A stretch of 64,000 nucleotides of DNA from Eledone cirrhosa (taxonomy: Eukaryota), in NCBI GenBank assembly GCA_964016885.1, contig OZ024763.1:9300001-9364000 (forward strand), given 5' to 3'. The notes under the pieces are model-generated. The model had not been told where the DNA came from, made no database searches, and was given only the letters and a program-made list of their open reading frames with translations. The position numbers and the translations under genes were made by a program. This document shows positions 40,281 through 52,365 of the stretch, one piece after another. Within the stretch, counting starts at the first letter, position 1; each line of letters starts with the position of its first letter.

Positions 40281-42833
40281 CAGTCGAGTCCGCTTAAGAG
40301 TATACCCTCGGGAATGGAAAATAGTATACTCTTAACCGGACTATACTCTTATCCGGAGTAAGTAAAAATATTCCATAGCGGTGGATTGGCAGTATTGGTA
40401 GAGGGTCGGACGCCATGCTTTGCAGCACAGTTACGTCCCTTTATTGTCTGAGTTCAAATCCCGCTAAGGTTAACTTTGCCTTTCATCCTTACGGAGTCAA
40501 TAAAATAAAGTACCAGTAATACACTAGGATAATTGCTGGCCTTGTGCCAAAAGTAGAAACAATTATTATTTTGAGTCTTTCAATGATTAAAAATCGCTCT
40601 ATTATCGTTTAAAATGCATTTATAAGTTTAAAAAAATTCAACAAAAATTGTTGCAAATTAAGCAATATTTCAACATATTGGTATGCAATTTTTATTTCTT
40701 AAAAATAGTCCAAAATGCTTCTTTGCACTCGATTGCTCGCAATGTTTTTTTCAATCAAAACCTCAATCTCAGACAGAGTATAATTTTCAAACGATTGCAT
40801 CATATAGGACCGTACAGTCAACAAAGCATTTATTCCTTCTTTTCCAGAGATCTAAAATATTGATAAATGATTAAAGTTATGTTAGGTACCTATGGACATT
40901 CATATTATAAATATAAAAATAATACATACTAACGTTTCTAGTTAATTCGGTTTCAATATAATCTACTTCTTCCTTCTCTTCTATTATCATGCGCTCGTTT
41001 TGAACTTCCAAACATATTTCAGCATCAGTTAAATCACCATAGCACGGCTCGCTGACATCACAATCGATGAATTCGGGTTCCAATTGAGGAATATTGGCAT
41101 CATCACTTTCAATTAATAGTACATCGATGAACTGGACTTCGATTTCATTGTGAAAACCCGCTTTTTTAAAGCAATTGACAATCGTCGTGGGTTTGATAAT
41201 TGTTTCCACTTTAGACAATAATAATTGTTTCTACTTTAGGCACAAGGCCAGCAATTACCCAGTACATTACTGGTACTTTATTTTATCGACCCCGTAAGGA
41301 TGAAAGGCAAAGTTAACCTCGGCGGGATTTGAACTCAGATCATAAAGGGAGGTAACTCTATGCTTCAAAGCATGGTGTCCGACTCTCTACCGATACTGCC
41401 GATCCACCGCCTGCAAAAATAATTTCCAGCCAAATGTTTTTCGTCATCCGAGCTTTTGAATTACTGTAATATGGTAGAGATGCTTTTTTATTCAGCATAC
41501 AACGAGGTCGTTGAAATTTTCCGATGACAAACGCGTTTTTCAGTTCCATCAGAATTGACTGCTCAGAGAATGGTGAGTCTGTCTTTTGCGGTTTTACTAC
41601 CCGTTGGATTTGTTCCAGAGACAGCTAGTGTACCAGATGGAAGTGCTTTAAAAAAAAGACCAGATTCATCGAAATTATACACATCCTTTGGTGAATAGCC
41701 GTCAATTTCCTTGGTATAAACTATTTCTATTCAATGTTTGGCACTTAATTGATCAGCGACAGCTCTTTCACCATGCACTTTCATGAATTTTATATTTTCA
41801 CGCTTTTTAAGTCTCTCTAACCAACCATGAGATGGTTCGAAATCGGGAATTCCCAAAGTAGGTGCAAATATTTTTGCCTTTTCAAGCATCATAGGGCCCG
41901 GAACATTTTGACCTCTCATTTGGTGAAACCATTTTATGAGTGCATCTTCCAATCCTTGGTGATCAACTGATCTTCTACGTTTTGCATCCAAATTCACATT
42001 TGATAGAGCTAATTTTCGATATTTTTTTTTAATTCTGGAGATGGCTGCTTGACTGCAATTCAATTTATTTGACAATTCATTTTGTGACTTGGCGGATTTC
42101 AATTCATCCAAAATAGCAATTTTTTGAGTAATAGATAAAGCAGAGCGTTTCAAAGACATTTTATGTTACTTTACCGTATTCAGTGACGTGGTTAGTGGGT
42201 CTGGTCACTACTTCTGATCGGATCCGAGAATAGCCCTTAAAAGGATTGTTATCGCATATGGTCTGATCGGATCTGAGGATAGCCCTTAAAAGGACTGTCA
42301 CATACAGTAAGGATGAACAGACGAAGGAAGAAGTTGAACGGACGAGCAAGGCGAGAGATGCAGTTTTCGGTCAACTATTTTCATACATGAAGCGAAGATA
42401 CCAAAATACAAGGCGTGTGTGAGTGACAAGTCTGTTAGAGGAGAGGAACAACGATACGCGAGCTGACCCTGCCAAAGGTCGACTGTGTTTGGAACCACTT
42501 TATTTGTACAAAAATAATCGTTTGATGTTTAGCCGCTGCGTAGGCGTTTTATTTTGGTGGCTTAAGGGTTGTTTGTTTCATGGTAGCTAAGCAGATAGAT
42601 TGTTATTTATTTCACAGATGTTATTTCCGGTGGCTGTACATACTCTTATTCGGACTAAATTATATAGTAAATATATAAACGGGAATTGATTATGCTATAC
42701 TCTTATGCGAACTATACTCTTAAGCGGACCCATGCACAGTACAAAACATAGTACATAAATTCAGGAATTGATTATGCTATACTCATAAGCGGACTATACT
42801 CTTATCCGATATACTCTTAAGTGGACTCGACTG
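40281..42833 (-). mobile_element. Tigger/pogo-family DNA transposon
   Basis: TIRs cagtcgagtccgcttaagagtata / tatactcttaagtggactcgactg, TA TSD, multiple subterminal tatactctta..cgga repeats; two SINEs inside. Confidence 0.92.
40877..42159 (-). pseudogene. Tigger-type transposase (psq and CENP-B HTH, partial DDE)
   Basis: LEDALIKWFHQMR...SHGWLERLKKR, YNFDESGLFF, IGKFQRPRC, IVNCFKKAGF; stops and a SINE at 41222-41412. Confidence 0.88.
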
Positions 42834-43415
42834 TATTAACCTTTTCTTAGCCATTTTTTTTCTCATGGTATGAAAGAATTACATTTTACGTAAAAAGTTT
42901 TAAAAAATGGGATTCTTCAATTTTTATAAGGTACTCTTATGTTTGAACAGTTTTATTGAAATATATTTTTATATATTTATTATTTTAGTAAATATTTTAT
43001 CGAAAGTACGTGTAACATGTCCCATGAATACAACTGATAACTTGAATAAGGAAAATATTTCTCAATTTTCCCAAATTATTTGCAGTATATAAATACTTTG
43101 ATATGTGTTAAATATAAAGTATTTATATGTATGCATTATTTGAAACAACATAATTTTAGTTCCCTAGTTACGTATATTTTAGTAAATATTTTATCGAACA
43201 TAAGAGTCACATGAATACAATTTTTATTATTTCACGAAGCTTTCTCGTGCAACTGATAACTTGAATAAGAAAAATATTTCTCCATGTTCCCAATTATTTG
43301 CAGCATATAAAAAATATAGGAGAGCTATTGTTTCTAGGCTGTGGTTTAGGCGATTTGGTTGTTGATGCCGAGGTCCGAATCCACATATATGCAACACTAA
43401 ATAGTATCTTTAATA

Positions 43416-45500
43416 TCATCATCATCATCATTAAGCATGGATAGCAAGGTGTCAAGATGTTTCTTGAAGACATCCACATCTACACCATGCAGATCTCTCA
43501 GATCCCTTGGCAGCTTGTTGTAGAGTTGAGGGCCCTTGAACCCCATGCTATTCCAATATTTGCTCCATATTCTAGATGAGGCACCACACAATGACGTCAT
43601 GTTCGATGGTTGGTCCAGCTTCCAATGCCAAAGTTTGGTGCTAGTCCCTCCAGGATTTTCCACATGTAGATCACTACGTATCTCTCCCGTCTTCGTTCCA
43701 AGGAGTAGAGGTTCAGTTCTTTTAGCCTCTCCCAGTAGCTTATCTCCTTCATCGTCGCAATCCTCTTGGTGTAGCTTCGCTGGATTGCCTCAAGCTCCGT
43801 GGTTAGTTTGACACTATGGGGTGACCACAACTGGGAACAATAGTCCAGGTGGCTTAGGACAAGTGTCCTCCATAGTGTCAGCATAGTGTCTCGGTCTCTT
43901 GTCCGGAAAGGACCTCAAGATCCAGCCAGCGAGTCGTCTGCACATTGTCGCTACTTTCATGATATGTGAGGAAAAAGATGCATCACCACTCATGTCTATA
44001 CCCAGGTCTTGTATCGATTTCGACACGGGGATATTGGTCCCTCCTGGTCCTGCGTAACTGTGTTGTAATGTATTTGCAGGTTTGTATTGTAGGGCTTGGA
44101 ATTTGCTAGCATTAAACTGCATGTTGTTTTCTTCCGCCCATTTGTATATGGCATCCAGATCTTGTAAAAGGGCAGTGTCAGCCGGGTTTTTGATTGCTTG
44201 TGCTACCTTAGTGTCATCAGCATAGCTAGTGAGGGATATTGTCGTATGTACTACAGAGGGCATATCTGATAAAGCCACCAAAAACAGTAGTGGTCCCAGG
44301 ACTGTCCCTTAGGGCACCCCACTTGTTATGTTTCCTTTGAGAGGGCCCCGTTTGCTGCGACTGTCTGGCTTCTGTCCTTTAAGAAGTCATGCAGCCACTC
44401 ACCTACTTTTCCAGTTATGCCGAGTCTGTGTAGTTTGTGACATATCATTCCGTGGTCGACTTTGTCAAAGGCCTTTGCAAAGTCAAGATATATCACGTCC
44501 ACATGTGAGCTGTCTAGCATTTGTTTCAGTACCCAGTCGTAATGATGTAGCAGCTGTGTAAGGCAGCTTCTTCCTGGGCGAAAGCCATGCTGCATGCTAG
44601 TCAGGCAGTCATTTTCCTCGAGGAAAGTGATCAGTTTCTTTCTGATGATTCGCTCCATGACCTTACTGATATGTGACGTCAGGGAGACTGGCCTATAGTT
44701 TTTGGCCTCCACTCTGCTACCTCCTTTATGGATAGGGCATATTGTGCCTTCTTTCAGCTCTCTCGGTAGTATACCGCTAGCCAAGGAGCTACTGAAGAGC
44801 GTCCTCAGTGGAGTTGCTAAGGCCCGCTTACATGTTTTTAAGAGGACTGCTGGAAATCCATCAGGTCCAGCAGCTGAGTCCGTTCTAATTTCATCTATGG
44901 CGTATACCACATTCTCCTCCGATATGTCTATGTGGTTCATGGTTGCCATTTCTTCATGGAGTGTTGTGGCCTCAAAGAACTCCTCTGGCTTTGTTATTTG
45001 CATGTGCCTCAGTGGACATGTGAACACACTTTTGTACTTTTCATTCAGTATTTCACATATCTCTTGGGGATTCTCGGTTAATGAACCGTCTGTATGGAAG
45101 AGTGGCCCAATCTTGCGGTGTACTGGGGCAGTTTCTTTTGCAAATTTAAAGAAGGCCTTAAGGTTTGTTTTAGTATTTTCTATGGCCCTGCTTTCTTTCT
45201 TTGCCCTCTCATTTTCATGGGAAAGTTTCAGTGCAATCTCGGTGTCAAGTAGTGCATGTTTCAAATAGGATTCCTTCTTGTTTTTGTTTTCTTGTTGTGC
45301 ATTCAACTGGTTTGAGAGCTTGGTTCTTCATCTCATAAGGATTTTCCTATCTCTGGGAATAAGATTTTTGTGTCTGTTGGCCTTTTTCTCCGGGACAAAC
45401 TTTTGGCATATAGTGTGTATCGTTGTCATGAAGTGTTGGTGTCTTGTGTGGCGGTGTTTTTGCTCCGTATCTGCTTCCAGATTTCTCTCTTGATCTGTTT
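43416..45500 (-). mobile_element. CR1-group LINE, 5'-truncated
   Basis: AAGPDG, NYRPVSLTSHISKVMER, QHGFRPGRSCLTQLL, YLDFAKAFDKVDHG, SYADDTK, LDYCSQLWSP, LYSLERRRER; (TGA)n tail. Confidence 0.92.
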
Positions 45501-46912
45501 CTAGTTAGCCTTATATATATATATTTTAGTTAATATTTTATCGAACATTAGTTGCAATAAGCATTTATAAGGTACATATGTACCGTAATACATACAATTT
45601 TTATTATTTCATGAAGCTTTCTCGATAACTTGAATAAGGAAATTATTTAATTAATTATTAATGTTTTCTTAGCCATTTTTCTTTTTCTCTTCTAAGGAAC
45701 AGTTTTATTGAAAAATAATTTTCGTAAATGTTTTATAAAGAGTCACATGGATACAATTTTTATTATTTCACGAAGCTTTCCCGTGCAACTAATAAATTGA
45801 AGAGGAAAATATAATTTAGTTACATATATTTTAGTAAATATTTTATCGATTATTGATAAATATCACATAAATACAATTTTTATTAATTCACAAAGCTTTC
45901 TCGTGCAACTGGTAACTTGAATAAGGGAAATATTTTTCAATTTTCCCCAAATTGATGTTTAATATATACTAAGAGGAGAACTATTCTTTCAACAGGCTGC
46001 GTTTTAGTTTATTACATATGTACCTTTAATATTTTAGGTAATGTTTTATCGAACAAATTAGTTGTAGTATGAATGCATATTTTTCATTAAATTTTTAGTT
46101 CCCTAGCTTTAATCGATAAAAGTTCCCTAACTTTTATCGAAGTGCCGCATGAATAATTAATTAATTCTTATTTAGCCATTTATTTTTTTTTCTTCATGGT
46201 ATGAAAGAATTGCATTTATCTTCTATTTTCACAAAGTAATCGAAACAGTTTCATTGAAAAATAATTTTAGAAATTTCCCAAATTAGTTATAGTATATAAA
46301 AATATACTAATATATATTACTCTTTTTTTCATGGTATATGTCTTTTATTTTTTCAGTTTGAACAGCTTTATATTATTATACATTATTGGATTATTAAAAA
46401 ATTATATTTGTAGTGTATTATATGTACATTAAGGGCGGTGAATTGGCAGTATCGGTCGAGGGTCAGACGTCATGCTTTGACGTATAGAGTTACGGCCCTT
46501 GCCATTCTGATCCCGCCGAGGTTAACTTTGCCTTTCATCCTTATGGGGTCGATAAAATAAAGTACCAGTAATCTACTGGTTATTTGCTGGCCTTGTGCCA
46601 AAAGTAGAAACAATTATATGTACATTAAATTATGTTCTATAAATTAAATACTTTCTTTTATATTCCAGGTATCATAGTTTGCCGTAACTATTTCAGAATA
46701 CGAAGACATTGTATAGTACCGAATAATTTAATACAAAAAGTTTTAATGAGTAAATAAATATTTTAAGAAAAAGTAAATAGTAAAGGGAGGCAACTCTCGA
46801 ATGATAGTTTCAGAGTTGTCTCTCCATTCAAAATATAAAAAAATAAATCGATTTGTTAAAAAGGTTTTGTACAAGTAAATAAAAAGGTAAAGGGAGGTAA
46901 CTCTTTAAACAG

Positions 46913-47885
46913 TGGTGTGGTGTATGTAGTGTGGGATAAGGTATGTGGTGTAGTGTGATGTGGGATAAGGTATGTAGTTTAGTGTGGTGTGGTGTGGGAT
47001 AAGGTATGTGGTGTAGTGTGATATGGGATAAGGTATGTAGTGTATTCTAGTGTGGGATAAGGTGTGTGGTGTAGTGTGATATGGGATAAGGTATGTAGTT
47101 TAGTGTGGTGTAGGATAAGGTATGTGGTGTAGTGTAGTGTGGTGTGGTGTGGGATAAGGTATGTGGTGTAGTGTGGTGTGGGATAAGGTATGTGGTGTAG
47201 TGTGATGTGGGATAAGGTATGTGGTGTAGTGTGGTGTGGGATAAGGTATGTGGTGTAGTGTGGTGTGGGATAAGGTATGTGGTGTAGTGTGATGTGGGAT
47301 AAGGTATGTAGTGTATTCTAGTGTGGGATAAGGTGTGTGGTGTAGTGTGATATGGGATAAGGTATGTAGTTTAGTGTGGTGTAGGATAAGGTATGTGGTG
47401 TAGTGTAGTGTGGGATAAGGTATGTAGTGTAGTGTGGTGTGGGATAAGGTGTGTGGGATAAGGTATGTCGTGTAGTGTGATGTGGGATAAGGTATGTAGT
47501 GTATTCTAGTGTGGGATAAGGTGTGTGGTGTAGTGTAGTGTGGGATAAGGTATGTGATGTAGTGTCGTGTGGGATAAGGTATGTGGTGTAGTGTGGGATA
47601 AGGTATGTGGTGTAGTGTAGTGTGGGATAAGGTATGTGGTGTAGTGTAGTGTGGGATAAGGTATGTGGTGTAGTGTAGTGTGGGATAAGGTGTGTGGTGT
47701 AGTGTGGGATAAGGTATGTGGTGTCGTGTAGTGTGGGATAAGGTATGTGGTGTGGTGTGGGATAAGGTATGTGGTGTAGTGTGGGATAAGGTATGTGGTG
47801 TAGTGTGGTGTGGGATAAGGTATGTGGTGTAGTGTAGTGTGGTATGTGGTGTGGGATAAGGTATGTAGTGTAGTGTGGTATGGGA
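46913..47885. repeat. Minisatellite: core gtgtgggataaggtat plus a variable number of gtRgt pentamers
   Basis: About 30 units of mostly 26-36 bp; the H/T/P/Y ORFs over it are by-products. Confidence 0.97.
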
Positions 47886-47919
47886 TTCCACCCCCTACGA
47901 CCATCTCAGGAAGAAGTGG

Positions 47920-49575
47920 ATGAAGAAAAAGAGAAGAAACTTGTAAAATAATTTCAGATGTAAGTTATTTTACAAAAGTCAATTTAAACATGAAAATATC
48001 ATCCAACAAATATTAAAGTTGTAAAATTGTTTTTATTTACAAAAATGTGGATATTTTGTCACAAATATAAATATAAACCAGTTAGGAAAGAACACATCAA
48101 TCTTTTGTTTTGTTGTGAACTGATGGAGTCATCTTGGTGCCACTGTAGACATTTTAAGCTGGGTGGAGCCCTTCCCTCTCCAGGCGTGAACAGTTGATTT
48201 CTTTCAGAGAAGGAGAGAGGAAGAACAGACTCCAATTTGAAGGGAAGGGGTTGTCGATTAAATCAATCCCAGTACATTACTGGTACTTTATTTTAACAAC
48301 CTACATAATGATGAAAGGCAACACTAACATCAGCAGGATTTCAATTGAGAACATAAAGGGCTGTAACTATACGACGCAAAGCCTGTTGTATGACGCTCTA
48401 CTAATTCTGCCGATCCACCACCCTCAGCAATAAAATAAGTTTGTCTCAGTAAGAAATCTTAATGACAAATAATATGAAGTAAAACTTTCTGCAGGGTATA
48501 TTTGTCTATATCTATGTACTATCTACGGCCAATTTTACACTTGCAAAGATTCAGCATGCTTTCTCCAATTGTCCCAGTCGAGCATGACATTTCTCAGTTG
48601 ATCGATGTTGGCATCTCAATGAATGAGACGGCCTGTCTTCCCATGCTTCTTTGTCCGACCATCGGTTTCCAGAGCCCTAGTTGTGATGCTATATTTTTTG
48701 GATGACAGATGCAATGCCCAGCCAGCTTCATTCGTCTGCAGGCAACTTTTTTTTTAGGCTGGTGGTAGTGATCTGTATGGTTCCTTATTTGTCAGCTTCT
48801 GTTTCCAAGAATTGTCGAGAGCCATTCTCAACATCCTCGTGCAACATCCATCAAGTCTCTTACATAGCTCTTTGTCAATAGTCAACGTTTCACTGCCATA
48901 AAGCAGGACAGACTCAACAGTTGCTAGGAAGAGGTGCTCCTTCATTTTGCGGTTCAGGTCGGACTTCCACACCTTTGTGGATTACAATACAAAACCTCTG
49001 AGAATGATTTCTAGCATATTTCACCATAATAAATGTTCATCAATATATATTATTATGAGAGCAGTGAATTGGCAATATCGGTAGAGGGTCGGACGCCATG
49101 CTTTCTAGCATAGTTACATCCCTTTACGGTCCGAGTTCAAATGCCATCGAAGTTAACTTTGCTTTTCATCCTTACGAGGTGGATAAAATAAAGTACCAGT
49201 AATGTACTGGCCTTGTGCCTAAAGTAGAAACAATTATTATACTGAATCCCTATGGGATCAATAAAATAAAGTACCAGTAATGCACTGGGATAATTGTTGG
49301 CCTTGTGCCAAAAGTAGAAACAATTATACTGAATCCTTAATGGATCAATAAAATAAAGTACCAGTAATGTACTGGTTAATTGCTGGCCTTGTGCCAAAAG
49401 TAGAAGCAATTATTATTATTATTAATTAGATCAGGTGGATTGGCCAGAACAATTCTACTCTCCTCTTTCAGGTGTCATGATCTTCCATGGCATTCTTGAG
49501 ATCAATAACCTCCAGCAGGACATCCTGAGATAGCAGATCTATGCAGGTACTCCTGTCATCCCCCTAGGGTCTTAC
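47920..49575 (+). repeat. Segmental duplication B, copy 1; paralog at 61240-62295
   Basis: Colinear blocks: tgaagaaaaa..gaaacttgtaaaata, atcatccaacaaatattaaag..., cttaatgacaaataatatgaag, tttgtggattacaatacaaaacc, ttagatcag.tggattggcca... Confidence 0.9.
48505..48974 (-). mobile_element. RTE/RTEX 3' fragment inserted in duplication B copy 1
   Basis: TVESVLLYGSET...LDGCCTRMLRMAL; flanked by tttgt on both sides; empty site near 61942. Confidence 0.85.
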
Positions 49576-50042
49576 TATGTTTAGGTATCCACAACAGTAG
49601 CCAGCTCATCAGGTCATCCTTTCTTCACTAGCAGTGACCAGCATATCTTGTTCTCCACTCTCTGGTTATTGTGGTAATCTTCAATATATGGCAATTTACT
49701 TCTTCCATTTATTGGTGAAGTATATATATATATATATCATCATCACCATCAACAATCTATACAAACAAAAATGACCAAATGGACTAAGAACAAGGAGAGA
49801 GAAAAGTTAATTCTAGAACAATCTATACAAACAAAATGACTAAATGGACAAAGAACAAGGAGAGAACTTGTAAAAATGTTAGGTTACAGATCAACCCCAG
49901 TCTGACAGGAAAGTTAGAAAAATTCTGCTTCAACTACACAAGTGAAGTGTATTTTATATTTGAGGTGAGAAGAAGGGAGCGGGCAATGTTTTGGAGATAA
50001 AGGCATACTTTTCAAACGTGTGAGATAGTATATATAATGTAT

Positions 50043-50073
<31 letters not shown>

Positions 50074-50175
50074 TTGTTATACTTGGGGAGGGTCATATTG
50101 TTGTAATATGACCAGCATATCTTGTTCTCCACTCCCTTGTTTCGACACACGATTTCATATCAAAAACCTTGCAAA

Positions 50176-50209
<34 letters not shown>

Positions 50210-50350
50210 TTAAAGGTTAAACAAGGTTCAATGATTAAATCAAAGAATGAGTTTTACAATAGATTGGAAGCACTCAACAGTTTTGGTTTTCCAGAGTTCT
50301 TAGTATTATTTCAAAATATTAACAAAAATAGACATTCGTGTGATCAAGTA

Positions 50351-50417
50351 TATTTTATTATACATATTTCAGAGGTTCTGAGCTATCTTCAACAGTACGT
50401 CCTCATCAGATAAAATA
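50351..50417 (-). ncRNA. Type I minimal hammerhead-like ribozyme (left arm, sense to the ZNF gene)
   Basis: Exact mirror copy of 50499-50565. Confidence 0.62.
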
Positions 50418-50498
50418 AGATGATGCATGACATACCCTGACATAGTAGATGACTGAATCTTAACCATCTACTATGTCAGGGTATGTCATGCATCATCT

Positions 50499-50565
50499 TA
50501 TTTTATCTGATGAGGACGTACTGTTGAAGATAGCTCAGAACCTCTGAAATATGTATAATAAAATA
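50499..50565 (+). ncRNA. Type I minimal hammerhead-like ribozyme (right arm)
   Basis: tattttat-CTGATGA-gga...tct-GAAA-tatgt-ATA-ataaaata; 8-bp stem I, weak stem II, near-palindromic stem III atatgtat. Confidence 0.62.
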
Positions 50566-50606
50566 TACTTGATCACACGAATGTCTATTTTTGTTAATAT
50601 TTTGAA

Positions 50607-50642
<36 letters not shown>

Positions 50643-51000
50643 TATATATATACATATATATATATATCATTTATTTTGTTTTGACCTGTTTAGCTTGATT
50701 TGGATTTTGGCTTGGGTGGTTAATGCCTTCTTGACCACCTTTTCAGTTTTGTATGGCTTCTTAACACATTGTTTAGCTCTGGTTTTTAACTATTGAGCAC
50801 TTTGCCAGTATCATTTCTGATTTTTGCGTTTCGCTTCGCCTTTCCTGCCCACCGAAATGCGATTATTGCTGAATCTTTATTTGTATATATATGCTGAGAT
50901 GTATAAGAGAAGGATTTCTCACTTTTCACATTTTATATTCTTCCTTCCAGAGTGTGCCTGTATATTTGTGTTTCATATTTCCCAGTGATGGGGTTTATCA

Positions 51001-51756
51001 CTAGTGTTGACTACGTTTGTGAACAACCAGTGTAGAATTCTGAGTGAAAGATTTCCCACATATTTCACAATGGTAGGGTTTTTCACCACTGTGTGTTCTT
51101 TTGTGAACTACAAGACCAGAATTATTAGAGAACGGTATTCCACATAGTTCACAGGAATAAGGTTTTTCTCCAGTGTGTGTCCTTGTGTGAACTATCAGTG
51201 TAGAATTCTGAGTGAAATTTTTCCCACATATCTCGCAATGGAATGGTTTTTCTCCAGTATGTGTCCGCGTGTGCATGACAAGATTTGAATTAGCAGGGAA
51301 AGATTTCCCACAAATTTCGCAGTGGAAGGGTTTTTCTCCAGTGTGACTCCGTATGTGGATGACAAGATTAGAATTAGTGGGGAAAGATTTCCCACATATT
51401 TCACAGTCAAACGGTTTTTCTCCAGTGTGTGTTGAATTGTGTGTTTTTAAACTATAGTTACTGACGAAACATTTCCCACATATTTCACAGTGGTAGGGTT
51501 TTTCTCCAGTGTGACTTCGTATGTGAACGACAAGCTTAGAATTAGTGGGGAAAGATTTATAACATATTTCACAGTGGTAGGGCTTTTCTCCAGTGTGACT
51601 TCGAATGTGGATGACAAGTTTAGAATTAGCAGTGAAAGATTTCCCACATATTTCACATAGATAGGGTTTTTCTCCACTGTGTATATCTTTGTGTGAGGAC
51701 AGTTCATATTTTGAAGAGAAAGTTTTCCTGCAAATCTCACAGCTATATTCAGACAT
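51001..51756 (-). CDS. C2H2 zinc-finger protein, 9 tandem fingers, no effector domain
   Basis: Uninterrupted 251-aa ORF with nine CxxC-x12-H-x3/4-H units joined by TGEKP/SGEKP linkers; AATAAA on the minus strand at 50876-50881. Confidence 0.93.
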   Translation of the reverse strand: MSEYSCEICRKTFSSKYELSSHKDIHSGEKPYLCEICGKSFTANSKLVIHIRSHTGEKPYHCEICYKSFPTNSKLVVHIRSHTGEKPYHCEICGKCFVSNYSLKTHNSTHTGEKPFDCEICGKSFPTNSNLVIHIRSHTGEKPFHCEICGKSFPANSNLVMHTRTHTGEKPFHCEICGKNFTQNSTLIVHTRTHTGEKPYSCELCGIPFSNNSGLVVHKRTHSGEKPYHCEICGKSFTQNSTLVVHKRSQH

Positions 51757-51984
51757 ATTTCTAGCTAGTAATCTTTACACAAAGGATTCTCACCACTTCT
51801 CATACATTAATGTAGATATGGTTAATAGATGCTATGTAGTCTAAGTAATTACAGTGTCCATAAAAGGCTGTAGAACTCGGCTTTCTTCTACAAGGTTGTA
51901 ATGTAGCATTCAGTTGGCACAAGTAAGAAGACATAAGACGGCGTAAGACTGATGTTGGATGAAGAAAATTCAAGTGCAAATATA

Positions 51985-52365
51985 GTGACTGGCGAATCTC
52001 GCGAGTGCTTGGCTGTTTCAGCGCATCAGCCTCGCCATCACCCGAAGCAACTCTGCCAGTGTGCTGGCTTGCCTCAAAAATCATTAGAGAGGTTGCCCAG
52101 TACTCGCGACATTGCTGTCTTTTGTTCTGGTGTTGGCTCCGTTATTCACCCCTTCTTTTACATTTTCTTTACATTTGAAGGAATATATCTTTCATTATAT
52201 CATCCTTTGTAGTGTTACCGAGGCATATGTAATGCTATTCTACTGTAAATTTATTCTGAAAGAATTGCAAACGATTTGTAATGTTGTTTGTGCAACTATG
52301 GAGTATTAATTGTATTATGTGTTTATATTTTCATTCTGGAAGAATTGTAAACAATAAAAATAGTA
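51985..52365 (+). mobile_element. 5'-truncated CRE copy with intact 3' end and 13-bp TSD
   Basis: 51985-52218 is nearly identical to 37262-37505; TSD aagtgcaaatata at 51972-51984 and 52366-52378. Confidence 0.92.

Larger units (their letters stand above)
50310..50606. repeat. Perfect 142-bp inverted repeat with a 13-nt loop, inside a (TA)n tract
   Basis: 50310-50451 is the exact reverse complement of 50465-50606; loop actgaatcttaac. Confidence 0.97.

Noticed and set aside
47100-47904. 263-aa and 132-aa His/Thr/Pro/Tyr-rich ORFs
   Set aside because: They are translations of the minisatellite; no sign of a real gene
50670-50860. Lys-rich minus-strand stretch resembling histone H1 or an extra ZNF exon
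   Set aside because: Contains stops and no recognisable domain
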